NCBI GenBank assembly: GCA_964036045.1
Contig: OZ038378.1
Coordinates: 165,230,001-165,294,000, forward strand
Direction of reading: 5' to 3'
DNA: 64,000 nucleotides
Origin: Eutreptiella sp. 'Long Island Sound 2002'
Lineage: Eukaryota; Protista; Euglenida
The notes under the pieces are model-generated. The model saw only the letters and a program-made list of their open reading frames with translations. It was not told the DNA's origin and ran no database searches. This document shows, in pieces, positions 21,169 through 34,115 of this stretch. How positions within the stretch are numbered: the stretch's first letter is position 1; every line of letters starts with the position of its first letter. The translations under genes were made by a program, and so were the position numbers.

Positions 21169-24100
21169 CTATTTTGCTCATGAGAATGGCACATCGAACT
21201 GGTGTAACTCCCGTTAGGCGGGCCCGAATGAGTGAGTGAGTGAGTGAGTGAGTGAGTGAGTGAGTGAGTGAGTGAGTGAGGGAGGGAGGGAGTGAGTGAG
21301 TGAGTGAGTGAGTGAGCGAGTGTGAGTGAGTGAGTGAGTGGGTGAATGAGTGAGTGAGTGAGTGAGTGAGTGAGTGAGTGAGTGAGTGAGTGAGTGAGTG
21401 AGTGAGTGAGTGAGTGAGTGAGTGAGTGAGTGAGTGAGTGAGTGAGTGAGTGTGAGTGAGTGTGAGTGAGTGAGTGAGGGAGGGAGGGAGGGAGGGAGGG
21501 AGGGAGTGGGCGAGCCAGTGGATGTGATTTCAGATCAGGTGTAAAGGATTGGCATACCGGACGAGGACGGCGTGTGCGCTTTGCTCTCTGGGGGCGAGGC
21601 CAGCATGTCCTGTGCGCTCGGTTCGATCAGATCTGCACTGCTTGTGACCAACTGCGGAAGCCCAATTTTGCGCTGTGTGACAGTGGAATTGGGACCACTG
21701 GGACCACTGGAGCAGTTGTCAGGGCCGGTGTAGACCGGCGTCATGGGAACCCGCGTGTGGGGCAGGCCAGGGAGACCCGGGTAAGTGACGGCCCCCAACG
21801 TCCCACGCGCGCACGGGGCCTGCTGCGGATCCCCTGAGGCCTCCCGCATCTCGATGCAATCGTGCGTCACGTCGTGGAACGAGGCGATTTGATTCCTTTT
21901 GTACAGCGTTTCACTGACCTCGAAGCCGGTGTTCGGCCGGAACAGCACCTCCTGCTCCTCCGGGAATCGGGAGAACTGGCTGACAGCCTTCGCCCGGGTG
22001 CTGTGCACAAAGAAGAGGGTCCCCTCTTCTTTCTTCTTCTTCTCCACGAATTCCTTGGCCACGCCCTCCTGTGTAGAGGCGCTGGAGAACGCCGGCCAGC
22101 ACACCGCGTTGCCCTGGCGATACTTGTCTTCGTCGAAGTGCAGGCCGACGCCTCGATAGACCGTGCCCTGGTGGTTCGGGAGCTTGTCAAGCACACAATC
22201 CAGCTGCCAGATCAGTGGCCGCCAGAAGGCGATGTGGGGGTCTCCGAGGTCGGTTGCCTTCCGCATGGCGCTGGGTAAAAGTGGGGCATACAGCAAGCAA
22301 ACAGGGCACACACAGGGCATACATGGGGCATACATAGGGCACACAATCCCAGGAACAAATACCATACGCGTAAAATAGCACAATGGACCAGCACAATGGC
22401 TCGGGGAAAAGGGTTTGCGCGCGCGGGGGAGCGGGGGGAACAGATAACGGAATCGCTCGAGAGCCAGAATGTTCTGTAGGGTTGTGTGTGTGGAGGGTTC
22501 GTTCAAGCCCCTGTTCCAGATACCCCCCTCAGCCCGGTGGGGCTCCAAAATTGGGCGCGGGAGGGGGTCGCGGTCGGGGGGTGATCCATAAATGTGGGAG
22601 GAAAGCTGGTTGATAATTCTGGTGTAACGCATCGGTGGTGGTGGTGGTAGTGGTGGGGGGTACGCCAACATATACAACTTCACAATGATCTCCGCAACGC
22701 GCTGATCATTTTGTGGCAGAAATCACGGGGAAATACTCTCAGAAAAATTGCCGGAGGACTTGCGCATCTGATTTTGTATCCAGTGGGGGGGCGTAACGTC
22801 CGCAAAGGCCCTTTGGCGAAGACCTTCCCATACATTGGATCACGCCATCCAAGCAACACATGATGGACATGCTCCCCATGATTAACAAAGGGCGGAGACA
22901 CGCAAAACCGCCATTTGAACCACCTTTCAGGATCTGGTGCTTGGGCAGGCCGATTTCCAACCCATTCCTGATCCGCAGCCCTTTGATATAGGCTCGTTCA
23001 CAAACAAATAAGTGTGGTGTGGCGCACCGAAACATCATTACCAACGTTCTAGGTCTCCAGCCGGGGGGTTCACTAAGATTCTTGAAGGTGGCTATTATGA
23101 TGAGTGTAGGGTTAAACGATGGGGTGAGGGTTTGGCCACTACTACCATGCATGATGTCATTTGTCAACTAGACTCTGGTGGCACACCACAAAATCTAGGG
23201 GGCTGTTGCAAAACAGGCTTCAAGTGCCAAGCCATCAAGAATCGTTTTACACAAACCTTGCCAAAACTGCCAGAAAAAGTCAAAATCAAAATCAGCAGCA
23301 CCACGCATCGGGACAGCAGACACAGAATCAGAATCAGAACAGCAGACACAGTTCCGAGAGTAAAGAGCAAGAAGCCAACATCAGGAAGTTGCAAGGGCTC
23401 CTCTTAGGGCGGCTGTGGGCTTGCATGCGCACCAAGAGACCCTGAGGAGGGGCTCAGAAGGCATACACAGGGCACCCACAGGGCATAGAAAGGGCACACA
23501 CAGGGGGCGTTTGTGCATGACGCTCACAGCGCACGCACAGCACGCACAGCGCGCACAGCATGTGCACAGCGCGCATTTTATGGGGAGGGATTGGGGAATT
23601 TCAGGGCAATTAGCAATATTCTTGCCTATACAGACCATACTACACCCCCACAACCCCAGGTTTCACCCCGCCCCCACCCCCCAAGCCACCCAAGGCCCCG
23701 AATTGCAACTAGTGGCTCTCCGTTTTCTTGTTTACCTCGCCGTAGTTAACGACCAAACACAGTGCTGTGGACCCTGGTTTGGCGACAAGAAAACAGGGGC
23801 TGCAATGCCGGGGGTATTCCTTATCTTTATATTCTTCAACGAGCCTAACATCTATACATTCTTGGATCTGGTGCTCGATTTCTTCAACCTGATCCTGAGG
23901 AGCGGGATACCTTGACACCACCTCACAACAAAGTGAAAAGTACATGCACATGGCATGTGTGGGGACACCCTCCCACAGGGCACACATGGCTGGGTGGCCG
24001 CGATCATGCCTTCCCCCGTCACATGCGGGAGCGACTTTGTCAGGCACATTCCCCAGGGCAATGGGACGGGTGGTTGCTCCCTTGGTCCTTCTTCCTGCAA

Positions 24101-27100
24101 TGTCAAAGGCGGCATCCCGAGCACCAAAAGATACTTTCCTATCTACCTACCTTGGGTATGGTCCTGCACATGGTTGTGCACAGCGTACGCACAGCACGCA
24201 ATACGCCCCCACAGGGCATACGCACAGGGCATAGACAGGGCATAGACAGGGCATGAACAGGGCATTTACGCTGGGCACACCTGTTGATCTCTTTGTAGAT
24301 CTGATGCGACGACGGCTTGTCTAATTCGTATGTGTACACAAATACCGGCAGAACGTGCAGCGGCGTGATGTGGGGCATGTCTAAGATGAGCCGCTGCCGG
24401 CCCAGCTCGTACACCTTCATCACCGCTTCCACGCACATGTCCTTCACGGCTTTCTCCGCAAACTGAGGCCTCGTGGTCTCTGGCAGCGCCAAGTAAGACT
24501 GCCTGGTTGTGTCTGGCAGCGCGAGGCAAAACTGCAGCGTGCTGATGTTGCAGCGGTACTCCGCGTCGTAGAACGCAAAAGGCGTCTCCGTCGGCACCTC
24601 CAAACCGTCGGAGTAGCGCGTCGTGTCCACGGGCCGCGCGATCGGCCCACCATCACGACCCACCGCCTCCCGACAGGCCGGCCCTAAAGCAGTCTCAGTG
24701 AACTGCTCAAGTTCGCTCGCGAAATGCTGCCCGCAGCTGTTCCTTATTGAATTTCTGGATTTTGGGTTCTTGCAGGGCGGCTTCCAGAGGGTGGGATCAA
24801 CCAGAGCCTCTGTGACCAGCAGTGTGAGGTGCTCCGCGCTGCAGGTCACCGCAGCCGTGCTCCCGAACCCCAGGATCACGTACACGCTGCTGTCGGGGTC
24901 GATGGTGGAGGGATCGCACGTGACCGCCCACTGCCCTCCGCCCTTTCGGTGCTGCAGCAGCGGCCCGAGGCGGCAGCGGACGTTCAGCCGGAGGTCGCCG
25001 GCCTCGTGCTTCAGGCTGTGCAAATGGACCGCCGCGGCGAATCCCGGGGCCTTCAACCGGACGACCCTTCGCCCCGCAGACCGGGCGGTGCAAATCTCCT
25101 TCTGGAAATCCGGCGGATACGCATGCCACAGCCCCGGCGCGATCTCGTACTCCCACGTCGCTTCTTGCGCGTACCGCTCTTTGTAGGCGGCGACGAGGTA
25201 CTCCACGGTGGCGGTGTCTGAGGACGGCAGCGCAGACTCCAACACCGAAACCGCGTGGGGGATGCGACGCAGGTCCACGTCCCCTGGGGACAGGGCTTCG
25301 CTCTGCAACTGACCAGTTACATCCGCAGGGCCGTCGGCATGCCCGGACGCTGTGCCGCTCCGCGCCTTGTGCGCATGCAGCGCACTCTCCACGCGGCTGC
25401 GGCGTTGGGGCCAGCAACAACATGACGAGGGCTGATAGAGAGGCCCCGCTGCTGCGGTCTCTTGGGCGGGCCCCTGGTGCAGGCAGTGCTTGTCCAGAAG
25501 GAGACGGTAGCCCTTCGTGGATGTGGTGCTGCCCAAGTGGCTGGAGACACACCAAACACTCTGTTCCGGTGCATGCCCCTGCCCCGGCGTCTGCTCCTGC
25601 CCCTGCCCATGCCCCTGCCCCTGCACCTCCCTCTGCCCCTCACCCGGCTCCTGTGCATGAAAGTAGATGTAAAGCCCCGTGCGCAGCCCCACGTACACGG
25701 GCTTCTGGTGATACGTCAGCACCGGTTGGCGGACGTAGACATCGTTGTAGCTCTCGTCCGGCATGTTCCGGATCCACAAGCTGCCGGCAGAGATGTCGTC
25801 CTCGCACTGCAGATCGAGGCACGTGCAATTTGTTGGGAACTGCGACAGCAGGATCTTGAGCGCCGAGCGGTTGCCCACAGCGGCCGCGCAGTGCCGCGCG
25901 CTCGCAAACCCGGGCAGGTTAGGGTTAGGGTTAGGCAGCGTCGCAGACTGCAGCCGGGGGCGCCTCTGGAGGATGGCGACCATGCTGGCCATGCGGTGCT
26001 GCGCGATGGCGGCCGCCAGCACATGCGCCACTTCGCAGTCCGTGACCTCCTCCGCCTCGCACCACTTCGCACACTTCTCCTCCTCCTGCCACATGTCGGC
26101 GCACCGCTTAGCCCAACACTCACTGTGGTAGGGCCGGTGCCCCGGGCCCCCCAGCCACAGCGTCGCGCCCACCGCCCGCGGGCAGTCCACGCAGCGCATG
26201 CAGCGCACGTGTCCCTTGCGGTGCCACACCCGGTTCCCGCCTTCCGCGTTGGGGTCGAGGGGGAGGTACGCGCCGCCGAAGCGCCAGGCAGACGTGCCCT
26301 TTCCGCAAACGGGGCAGTCGTAGGGCCGGTCCTCGCGCAGCGCCCAGAGGCCGAGACCCACAACGCCGCAGAGGCCGACCAGCCCCAGGGCGGCGCCGCA
26401 CTGCATCGACGGAGGCCATGCCATTCTCGGGTGCCGCAGGGTGTTCAGCAACACAAACCTACAAGAGCGACACAGGAGGCGTGCAAGAGGCATGCCAGAC
26501 CAGACATGAGCCTTACCTCCGGCAAACCGATGGCCGCCGGATGCGAGGGCAGCTCTGCGCCAGAGGCCGCCGGATGCGGTTGTTGTTCCCATGGTGTTAC
26601 CCCACAGCTATAGTCGAAGCAATATGCGGCTTAGACCGCCCGGCCTTGTGACCCGGGCTGGCGTGTTCCTGCCATACACTTGAACGTTGAAGAAGGAGGC
26701 ATGCGACTTGGACTTGGGGCTGGATTTGTTTGTGGTGGAGGAGCGTCACCTTTTTGGGCATGCCGGCGTGTGCCTCCCCTTGCCAAGGGGGTGGCACTAG
26801 GGTGGCACTAGGGTGGAGGTGGGTGGTCGCAAATTTCCGACCCCGCTGCCCTCCCAGAAACGTCTATTTATGCTTCTGGGAGAGTGGTGTTTCCTCTGCT
26901 GGACAGGACGTTTTTGAATGGGGGAAAAAAAAAGCTGGAGTGTCCAGTTGGCAGCCAAATCTGCACATTATGGCCACTGCAGTTCCACCAGGAGGACGGT
27001 GGATGGTTGGTGGCGGTTAGCGGCAGTTGGCAGTTGGGGGTTTGCGGTTGGTGGCGGTTGGTGTCGGTTGGTGGCGGTTGGCGGTTGGTTCGTGGTGGTT

Positions 27101-30100
27101 GGTGGCAGTTGGTTGTTGGCGGTTGGCGGCGGTTGGAAGCAGTTGGCGGTTGGCGGTTGGCGGTGGTTGGCGGTTGGCGGCCGGTGAGCCCTTGGGACCA
27201 CGTTTTTTAACTAAAAAAAAAAATCTTGTCCACTAAAAAATGCCCTGCTGCTGGAGGTCGCCGGATGCGACCCAAATCTCTGCCGGAGGCTGCCGGATGC
27301 ACCTCTTGTTGCCTGCCGGGGATTGCCGGATGCAGTCAAAATTGTTGCCGGAGGTAAGACTCATGTCTGTGCCAGACACAGCATGCAGGAGGCGTGCTGC
27401 AGGCATACAGGAGCAGGCACGCAGACCACATGCAAGAGGTAACAAACAGTTGGCACGTGGGGGAGCAGAATGCATGTGGGAGGTAAGGAGGTAAGGAGGT
27501 GAAGGAAGGAGGCGGAAGTCTTCATCAAGCATGCATGGGGCATGCAACAGACAGAGAGAAGGCATAAAGCAGCCATGCTCGAGGCGTCCTGGCGGCGTAC
27601 ACGAGACATACAACAGGCATACAGGGGGCATATGGGAGCAGTTACAGGAGGCATAAAAGGTCCACAGAGGAGGAATACAGAAGGCATACAGGAGGCATAC
27701 CAGAGGCGTACAGGGGGCGTACAGGGGGCATGCAACAGGCTTGCAAGAGCCATGCAGGAGGTTGACATGGGGATAGAGGAGAGGCCAGCAGGAGGCATAT
27801 GGCAGGCATACCAGAAGCAGCCGGCCACAAGCCACCAGAGCGCAAGGCTGAACGCGACCTGCAGCTCCACACGGACCCTCCAGAGGCCGTATAGCCAAGC
27901 GCGCCTTGCTCTCCGCTCCTGCCACAGCGTGTCTGGAAGGGGCCACACGGTCCGGCACTTGGCACGCCACCCGCAAAGCCACGCTACGACAGCGCTGAGC
28001 ACGCACGTGACTCCCGCGAGGGCAATGACCACCGCGGGCGAAGGCGCATGCACCATCACGAAATCGATGGACGTCTCTGCATCGGCCGCCGGGCGCCGGG
28101 CGGGCGGGCCCGTCGGGAGCGGCTCGTACAGCACGCGGACATGGGCCGGGGAGTGGCAGTGCAGCGGGAGGAGGTGCTCCGTGCCGGCGTCCGGCGGCGT
28201 GAAGCGGAACGACGGCGGGGGCCGGCCTTCGACTCGGCACGCGGTCTCGATGACCAGCGTGACGTTCCCCCGCAGCGCATGGATCAGCACCAGCATGCTG
28301 GGCCGGACGAGGGCCGCGGGGTGCGGCACAGAGCCGAGGCTCATGGCGTGCAGGCAGCGGTCAGGGCCGGCCCGCAGGGCCTGCGGGGCCGGGACCTGCG
28401 GGACCCGGACCTGCGGGACCGGGCCATCGGCGCCGCGGGGGTGGCCGCACAGCGGCAGCTCGGCGGTGAGCGTGGGGCTTGGGGTGGGTGTGGGCAGTGG
28501 TGTGGTCGTGGCAGTGGCGGTCGGCGATGGGGTGAGGGTGATCCCTACGGAGGGCAGGGGGAATGTGGTGGGGAGGGGGTGTCTGAGCCACCCCCACGGG
28601 GAGGGCCCCAGGGGCTGACACCGGTGTTCTGTGCGTCCTGCCATCCTCATGGAATTGGAGGGGGCACACGCGGCCTCTGGGACTGTACCCCCCAACCCCT
28701 TGTCCAAGCTACGCCCAGGCCCCAACAAACTCAAGTCCCTCCTGCACGGCGGCTTAGACAAGGCGTAGCGTACAACCCACACCTCTTAAATGGAACATCT
28801 TTGCGGGTCATGATGTTTGACCCTTGTGACAATATGGCTTTGGAACGGGTGGACACAAGGCAAACCACGAACTCTCATTGACGGTCCATCCGCCATTTGG
28901 GAAGATTCCACAAAACAAGGTGGCCTCTGATGGTGACACTAAAATTGCTACCGAAATAATTTCGGTGCCAAAGACCTAAGGCCCCCCCGGAGTAGTGTGA
29001 CTTGGACACGATGTAGACACTTGCAATGTCATGCAAATCAAACAGCGTAGGCCAAGTAGGTCAAACACCGCTTTTGTTGGAGTGAGCACAGCCGTCCTTT
29101 TGTTTCGGGCATTTTTAGGTGAAGTGTTACGGAACAGTGTTGTTTTCGCTTAAGCACGGGCGCCGGCGGTTACTGGCCAACCGGCGAGTTGCGTTCTGTA
29201 AGGCGAGTTGAGTAAGCACCAACTGCCGTCATGTGGCCGCTAAATGCTGGTAATTAAATCCTGGCTGCTGTCAGGTCACCAGCAACTGGTGGGGGTGACA
29301 GGCTGACTGCCTCTGTTGACTGGCACAGCGTTGTCAGTGGACTGTTGTGTCCTGTGCGTCATTTGTTGGCGAAATTTAACGGGGCAGTGCCCCCACACCC
29401 CCATCCCCCTTTAAGGACAATCAATGGCCACATGTTGTGCCATAACGCGAGTGAGTGGTGCACCCCCTCCCCCTGGCACACACACGGTATTCCCGTGGTC
29501 GCGCACCCTTTGGAGCATTCATGGTGGAGGGAGGGCGGCAGGCAGATGGTGGAGTTCAGCGACGACATGGCTCTTGTGTGGGATATGTCCATCACTAGTG
29601 AATGAATGGGCACCTCAAATATGCCAAAAGCGAAAGAACTGGAAGAGGAAGTGTACGCACCGCGCATGCACCGCGTCAGGTATTTGAACAACTTCCCCAG
29701 GAAATGGTCTACCTTTGAAGCCCTTGTAAATACCGTCCCTTGGTGAAAGTTGCCGGGGGAAGAGGTATGGCAGGGTGTGAGGGCCCCCTTGGGCAAGCTC
29801 ACATGCAACCAGTGCAGCAACAGGCTGAAAGATGACAAATGATTGCACACCAATCCCAATTTTGCATGTGGCTACACTGCCCAGCGCAGTGGAGCGTATT
29901 CATGGGGTGGGGTGACCCCTGCTCTATATCGGGGGTATGTGTGCGCATTATGTGTATACCATGCCAGGGATGGTCAAACCCAAGTCTGTGAAAAGACAAG
30001 TAATGTTCGGAAAAGGGCCATGTAACCAGAGGGTGGTTCTTGAGCACGGCGATTCCTGGGCACGGGGGGGGGGGGGGGGCTGTACAATGCCTAAGGACCA

Positions 30101-33100
30101 GAATAGCTCTGCAGGTTGTGTTGTATTGTACAGCACCATCCCTCCTCCGCTGCCCTGCCCTCTGCGTCAGGATAGAGCGGATCTGAGGTGTTCGCAGCCT
30201 GTCAGGGGAGGGCAGAGCTGAGTGTTCTCAGCCTCGGCTTTACCCCTGGCACCAGTTGAGCAGATATTTTGAGCCCTGAGCCACACCGCGTCACGGGCCC
30301 CTCAAGCCCCCTCACCACAATCCCAAAGGGTGCGATACCACGGGAATACCGTGTGCTTGTGCACGGGGAGGGGGTGGGGTACACATGCACGCCCTCTGTG
30401 GCACGGCCCCACGTGCATCTGAGATCCCCCAACCAACCGCACGCACACTGGGCACACGGACCTGCGACAAATGCCGTCATATCACCGCCCGCAGCGACTG
30501 AAGTGACCGCGTTCCCGTTGGGAGTGTGCAGAGGCCGAGGACTGGCGCTGGCACTGTGGGTCAGTCCTAACTGTCCGGCGTCGTTCGCCCCCATGACATA
30601 CAACCTCCGGTCTGCAACACACGAGAGACGTGGGGATCGAAAGGCTGAGGCATAAGAGCATAGCCTGTCCGATGGTCCGACCTTTTCCACAGCACCTTGA
30701 ACCAGGGCACACCCCCCCTCAGCCCCCCTACACCGCGGCGTCCTCGATGGACATGCGTCATATCGTGAGGCTGGGGCCCGACATTGAAACTCCTGGTCTT
30801 TTTCTTGGTCCCTTTGGACCTTCCGGCCTTCGTCGTGCTTCCTCATGAACGGTCTCTCTGTCTCTTCTCCTGCTTTCGGTTTCGGAGTGGGGCTCAGCCT
30901 CTCCTCGCCCCCCCTCCCCTTCCCCCCCGTGGGCAAAGGCAAGGGCTCCTGCGTGTGCGTAACGCAGCTTGGAAAGAGGGCAGAGGGCTACCCCCTGGGG
31001 GACTCTGGGCCGGACTCCGGACGTGACTCCGGGCGGTATGCCACAGAACGTCTGCGCCAGCCGTGGGGGGGGCTATGGAGGGCTATGGGTGCGTGGGGGC
31101 GTGTGTCCGTGTGCCAAGGCGTCCTGTGTCCGATGCCATGAAGGGAGCGGAAGGACACCACTGTACTCCAACTCCTTTCAACAACCGTAGTGTAGGAAGT
31201 CCACAAGCTCTTAAAGCTCTTCTGAGACACCTTCTTGCTCACAAGTGCTTTGTGCCTTCACCTTCCTTCCGCCTGTGGCCTTTTCGGGGCGAACCCTGAC
31301 TATTGTCCCTAGCCGCTCTATTGCACCATTCTTCACCCTTTGGTGCATCATGTGGACAAGCCCCCCCCCTCCCCGCGTCCCTGGGCACACTCCTGCAGTC
31401 CGAAGAGCCGAGGATACGCATTAATCCGGTTCCCTCACGTACGCCTGCAGCACCTGCCACGAAAATGGCGTGTCGTTCCCCAAAGGCCAAGGCGGTGATG
31501 GGCTGGTGATACACGGCGGGCGTTGGCAGGGGCTGTGGGGAAGTAGTATTGTGCCCCCGATGCCCCAGGCCCAACTGTCCATCAGCGTTGCGGCCCATGA
31601 CATACACCGATCCACCTGCGGAGAAATGACAGGAAATGCCTCACACTCGCTGGGGCACATTCCTGTGTCCCCAGGCAGGGGTTTGCTTGAAGAGGAGGGG
31701 CGCTTTCAGTGCTGGGAAACACCCGTTATGGTTGCACCCAGACCTACCCGGCCCCGTTTTCCCCCCGCCCCCCCCCCCGTTTTTCCCCGCTTTCCCTCCG
31801 TTTTCCCCTGTTCCCCCCCAGTTTTTCCTCATTTCCCCCCCTTTTTTCCCTGTGTTTCCCCGTTTCCCCCCACGTTTGCCCGTTTTCCCCCATTTCCCCC
31901 CCATTTCCCCCCGTTTTCCCCGTTTTTCCAAGGCCTATGTTGTACCGGGGGGTACACCGGATCTGGGTACTTCTCGGCCCTGCGCTGTGGGGGCAATTCC
32001 AGAGCAGCTACAGAGCGGTTACAGGGGACTCTGAAAGCGGTTGGGGGGCGGTCACTGGCGGTTGGAAGTGCGGGTGGGGCTGGGGTACGGGAATGCCTTT
32101 GGGGCAGAAAGGGGGCCGGAGTCTTTGGGGAGGGGGGTGCCCCCCCCCCCCCCCAAATCAAGCGATTCCCCCCCATCACCCGAGCTCCGTAGCCCCTGCC
32201 GGCACATGGTGTCCTGCGTCTCGCGCACGGTCAGCTCCGGCTGGCAGTCTGCGGGGGGGAGGCTGCACTGCGTGCGTACGGCACGGCCCGTACCACTGGG
32301 ACCTGCCCCCCCCCGAGATGTACGAAATGTGGCTAAACCTGCGAAGTTCTGGTTTATGAATCGCGATTTCCGTTGAAAGTTATATTTCAGTTTCCCGGGC
32401 CTATCGGGTGACTCCATCTTTTGGTGCGTGTGTACTCCACGTGCTGCCGCACAAGGGCAGGCGGGAAAGAGAGGAGGGCTTGGCAAAGGCAAGGGAGCGG
32501 TGTGCAGTCCGGAGGGCGGCCGTGCAGACCGGACCCACGGGGCACAGGGGCAGAGTGTGCGGGTGCTGCAGCGCCCTGTGCGGCGCCCTGCGGGGCGCCC
32601 TCCGTGAGGCACCCTGTGAGGCGCCTGGTGAGGCGCCCTGTGCGGCGCCAGTGAGGCACTATGTGAGGCGCCCAGCGATGCGCCCAGCGAAGCGCCCTGC
32701 GAGGCGCCCAGCAAGGCACCCTGTTCCAAAGCGGGTGCCAAAAGTGGCGGGATGGGGGTTGGTTGTCCGCAGCATGTTTCGATAGACCGTCTGTGTCATC
32801 AGGGGTATGCTAACATACAGGTAGATCATCATCAAAACCCACAGCACTCGACGTGAGGCGCCCAGTGAGGCACACTGCGAGGCGCCCCGTGAAGCGCCCA
32901 GCGAGGTGGCCAGTGAGGCCCCCAGTGAGGCACCCTGCATGAAATACACATTTCCACCGAATACGACCCTCTCCTGTGTACTGAACCGCACCCAAGTGCA
33001 CCCACAGGGCCCCATCGGGGGGGGGGGGGGGCATATTCACGTTCAAAACAAAGGCGTAAGTGATGTGGCAGACGTTGAGACAGGGGCAAATTATTCCTTT

Positions 33101-34082
33101 CCGCTAAGGTCAAGGCAACGTACCCACATTTCCGGAGGGTGGGGGGTGGGGGGGGGGGGGGCACCACCCCAGTACCCAGCACCATTGGCCCCTGGGATCC
33201 CTTGATGGGAAGCAGCATAATGCCATAAGCTCACCGCACAGTAGGGTGCCAGTAGCGTGCCCGCGCCTGTTACAACACATAACAGGGAGGGGGGGGGGTC
33301 AACTTTTCATGGATGTATCTAAATTCAGCATAAAACTCTGGGCATTTTCCTTTTACTTCTTTCTTTTGTTTCTTTCTTTTTTTCGGGTCCAATTCTGATT
33401 TTCGGGCATTTGACCAATATTTGCCAAAATTTTGCTTCTGGCGCCTTTGCACCTGTGTGAAAATCTGAAATTCGGCGGGGGTGGGAACGGCCTGGGGGGC
33501 ATGGAGTGTGTGGGGGAGGGCGCGATCAAGGCTGAGGGAGTACGCCGGTTGGTGCCTCCGGTGTAATGCACTTGTTCGAGTTTTGTGGAGGAAGCCCTTT
33601 GACTGTGGACGGCTGGTGGTATGGGGGGGGCAGGTTGGCACGAGGCCGTGTGGTTGGTTTGGTTGTCATTGGCGGCGCCTATTGGCCTCTCGCCATTGTG
33701 CAGTCCGACCCTCTGTGGGTCCGAACGTCGTTTGGTTGTGTCAACGGAGCCCCTGGATGACTTCTCCTGCTTGACAACTCCGGGGTCGGCCGACCCAGAG
33801 ACGGGCTGTTGTCCGTGCCGTTGACCAGGTGCATCCAGATGCACACTCCGAGTCCATGCCAGGTTTGCCGACTCCAGCATTGACTTGTGCGCGCTGGGGT
33901 GTGCATCTGCAGGATTTTCCTGATAGGGGCTTCTAACAACCACGATGATTCTTTCCCTTTCGTCCTTTCCTTTGCCTCCTTTGGCGCCCTGCACCATTTG
34001 CGGCGAGCGCGGTCTGTCTTGTCCCCTTGCCTCCCCTTGTGTTACCTTTTCCCCCTGTCCTGGTTCCTCTGGGGCTCTCCAT

Positions 34083-34115
<33 letters not shown>

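Noticed and set aside
25917-25935. Telomere-like (TTAGGG)3
   Set aside because: It lies in the coding exon, where it encodes PNPNPN on the minus strand.
29400-29800. Possible hAT transposase relic ([14 protein letters not shown])
   Set aside because: The motifs are too degenerate and interrupted by stops to support a call.
32560-32940. Possible CRISPR-like array of GAGGCGCCC repeats
   Set aside because: Units are contiguous and degenerate with no unique spacers, no cas genes are present, and the context is a eukaryotic intron.
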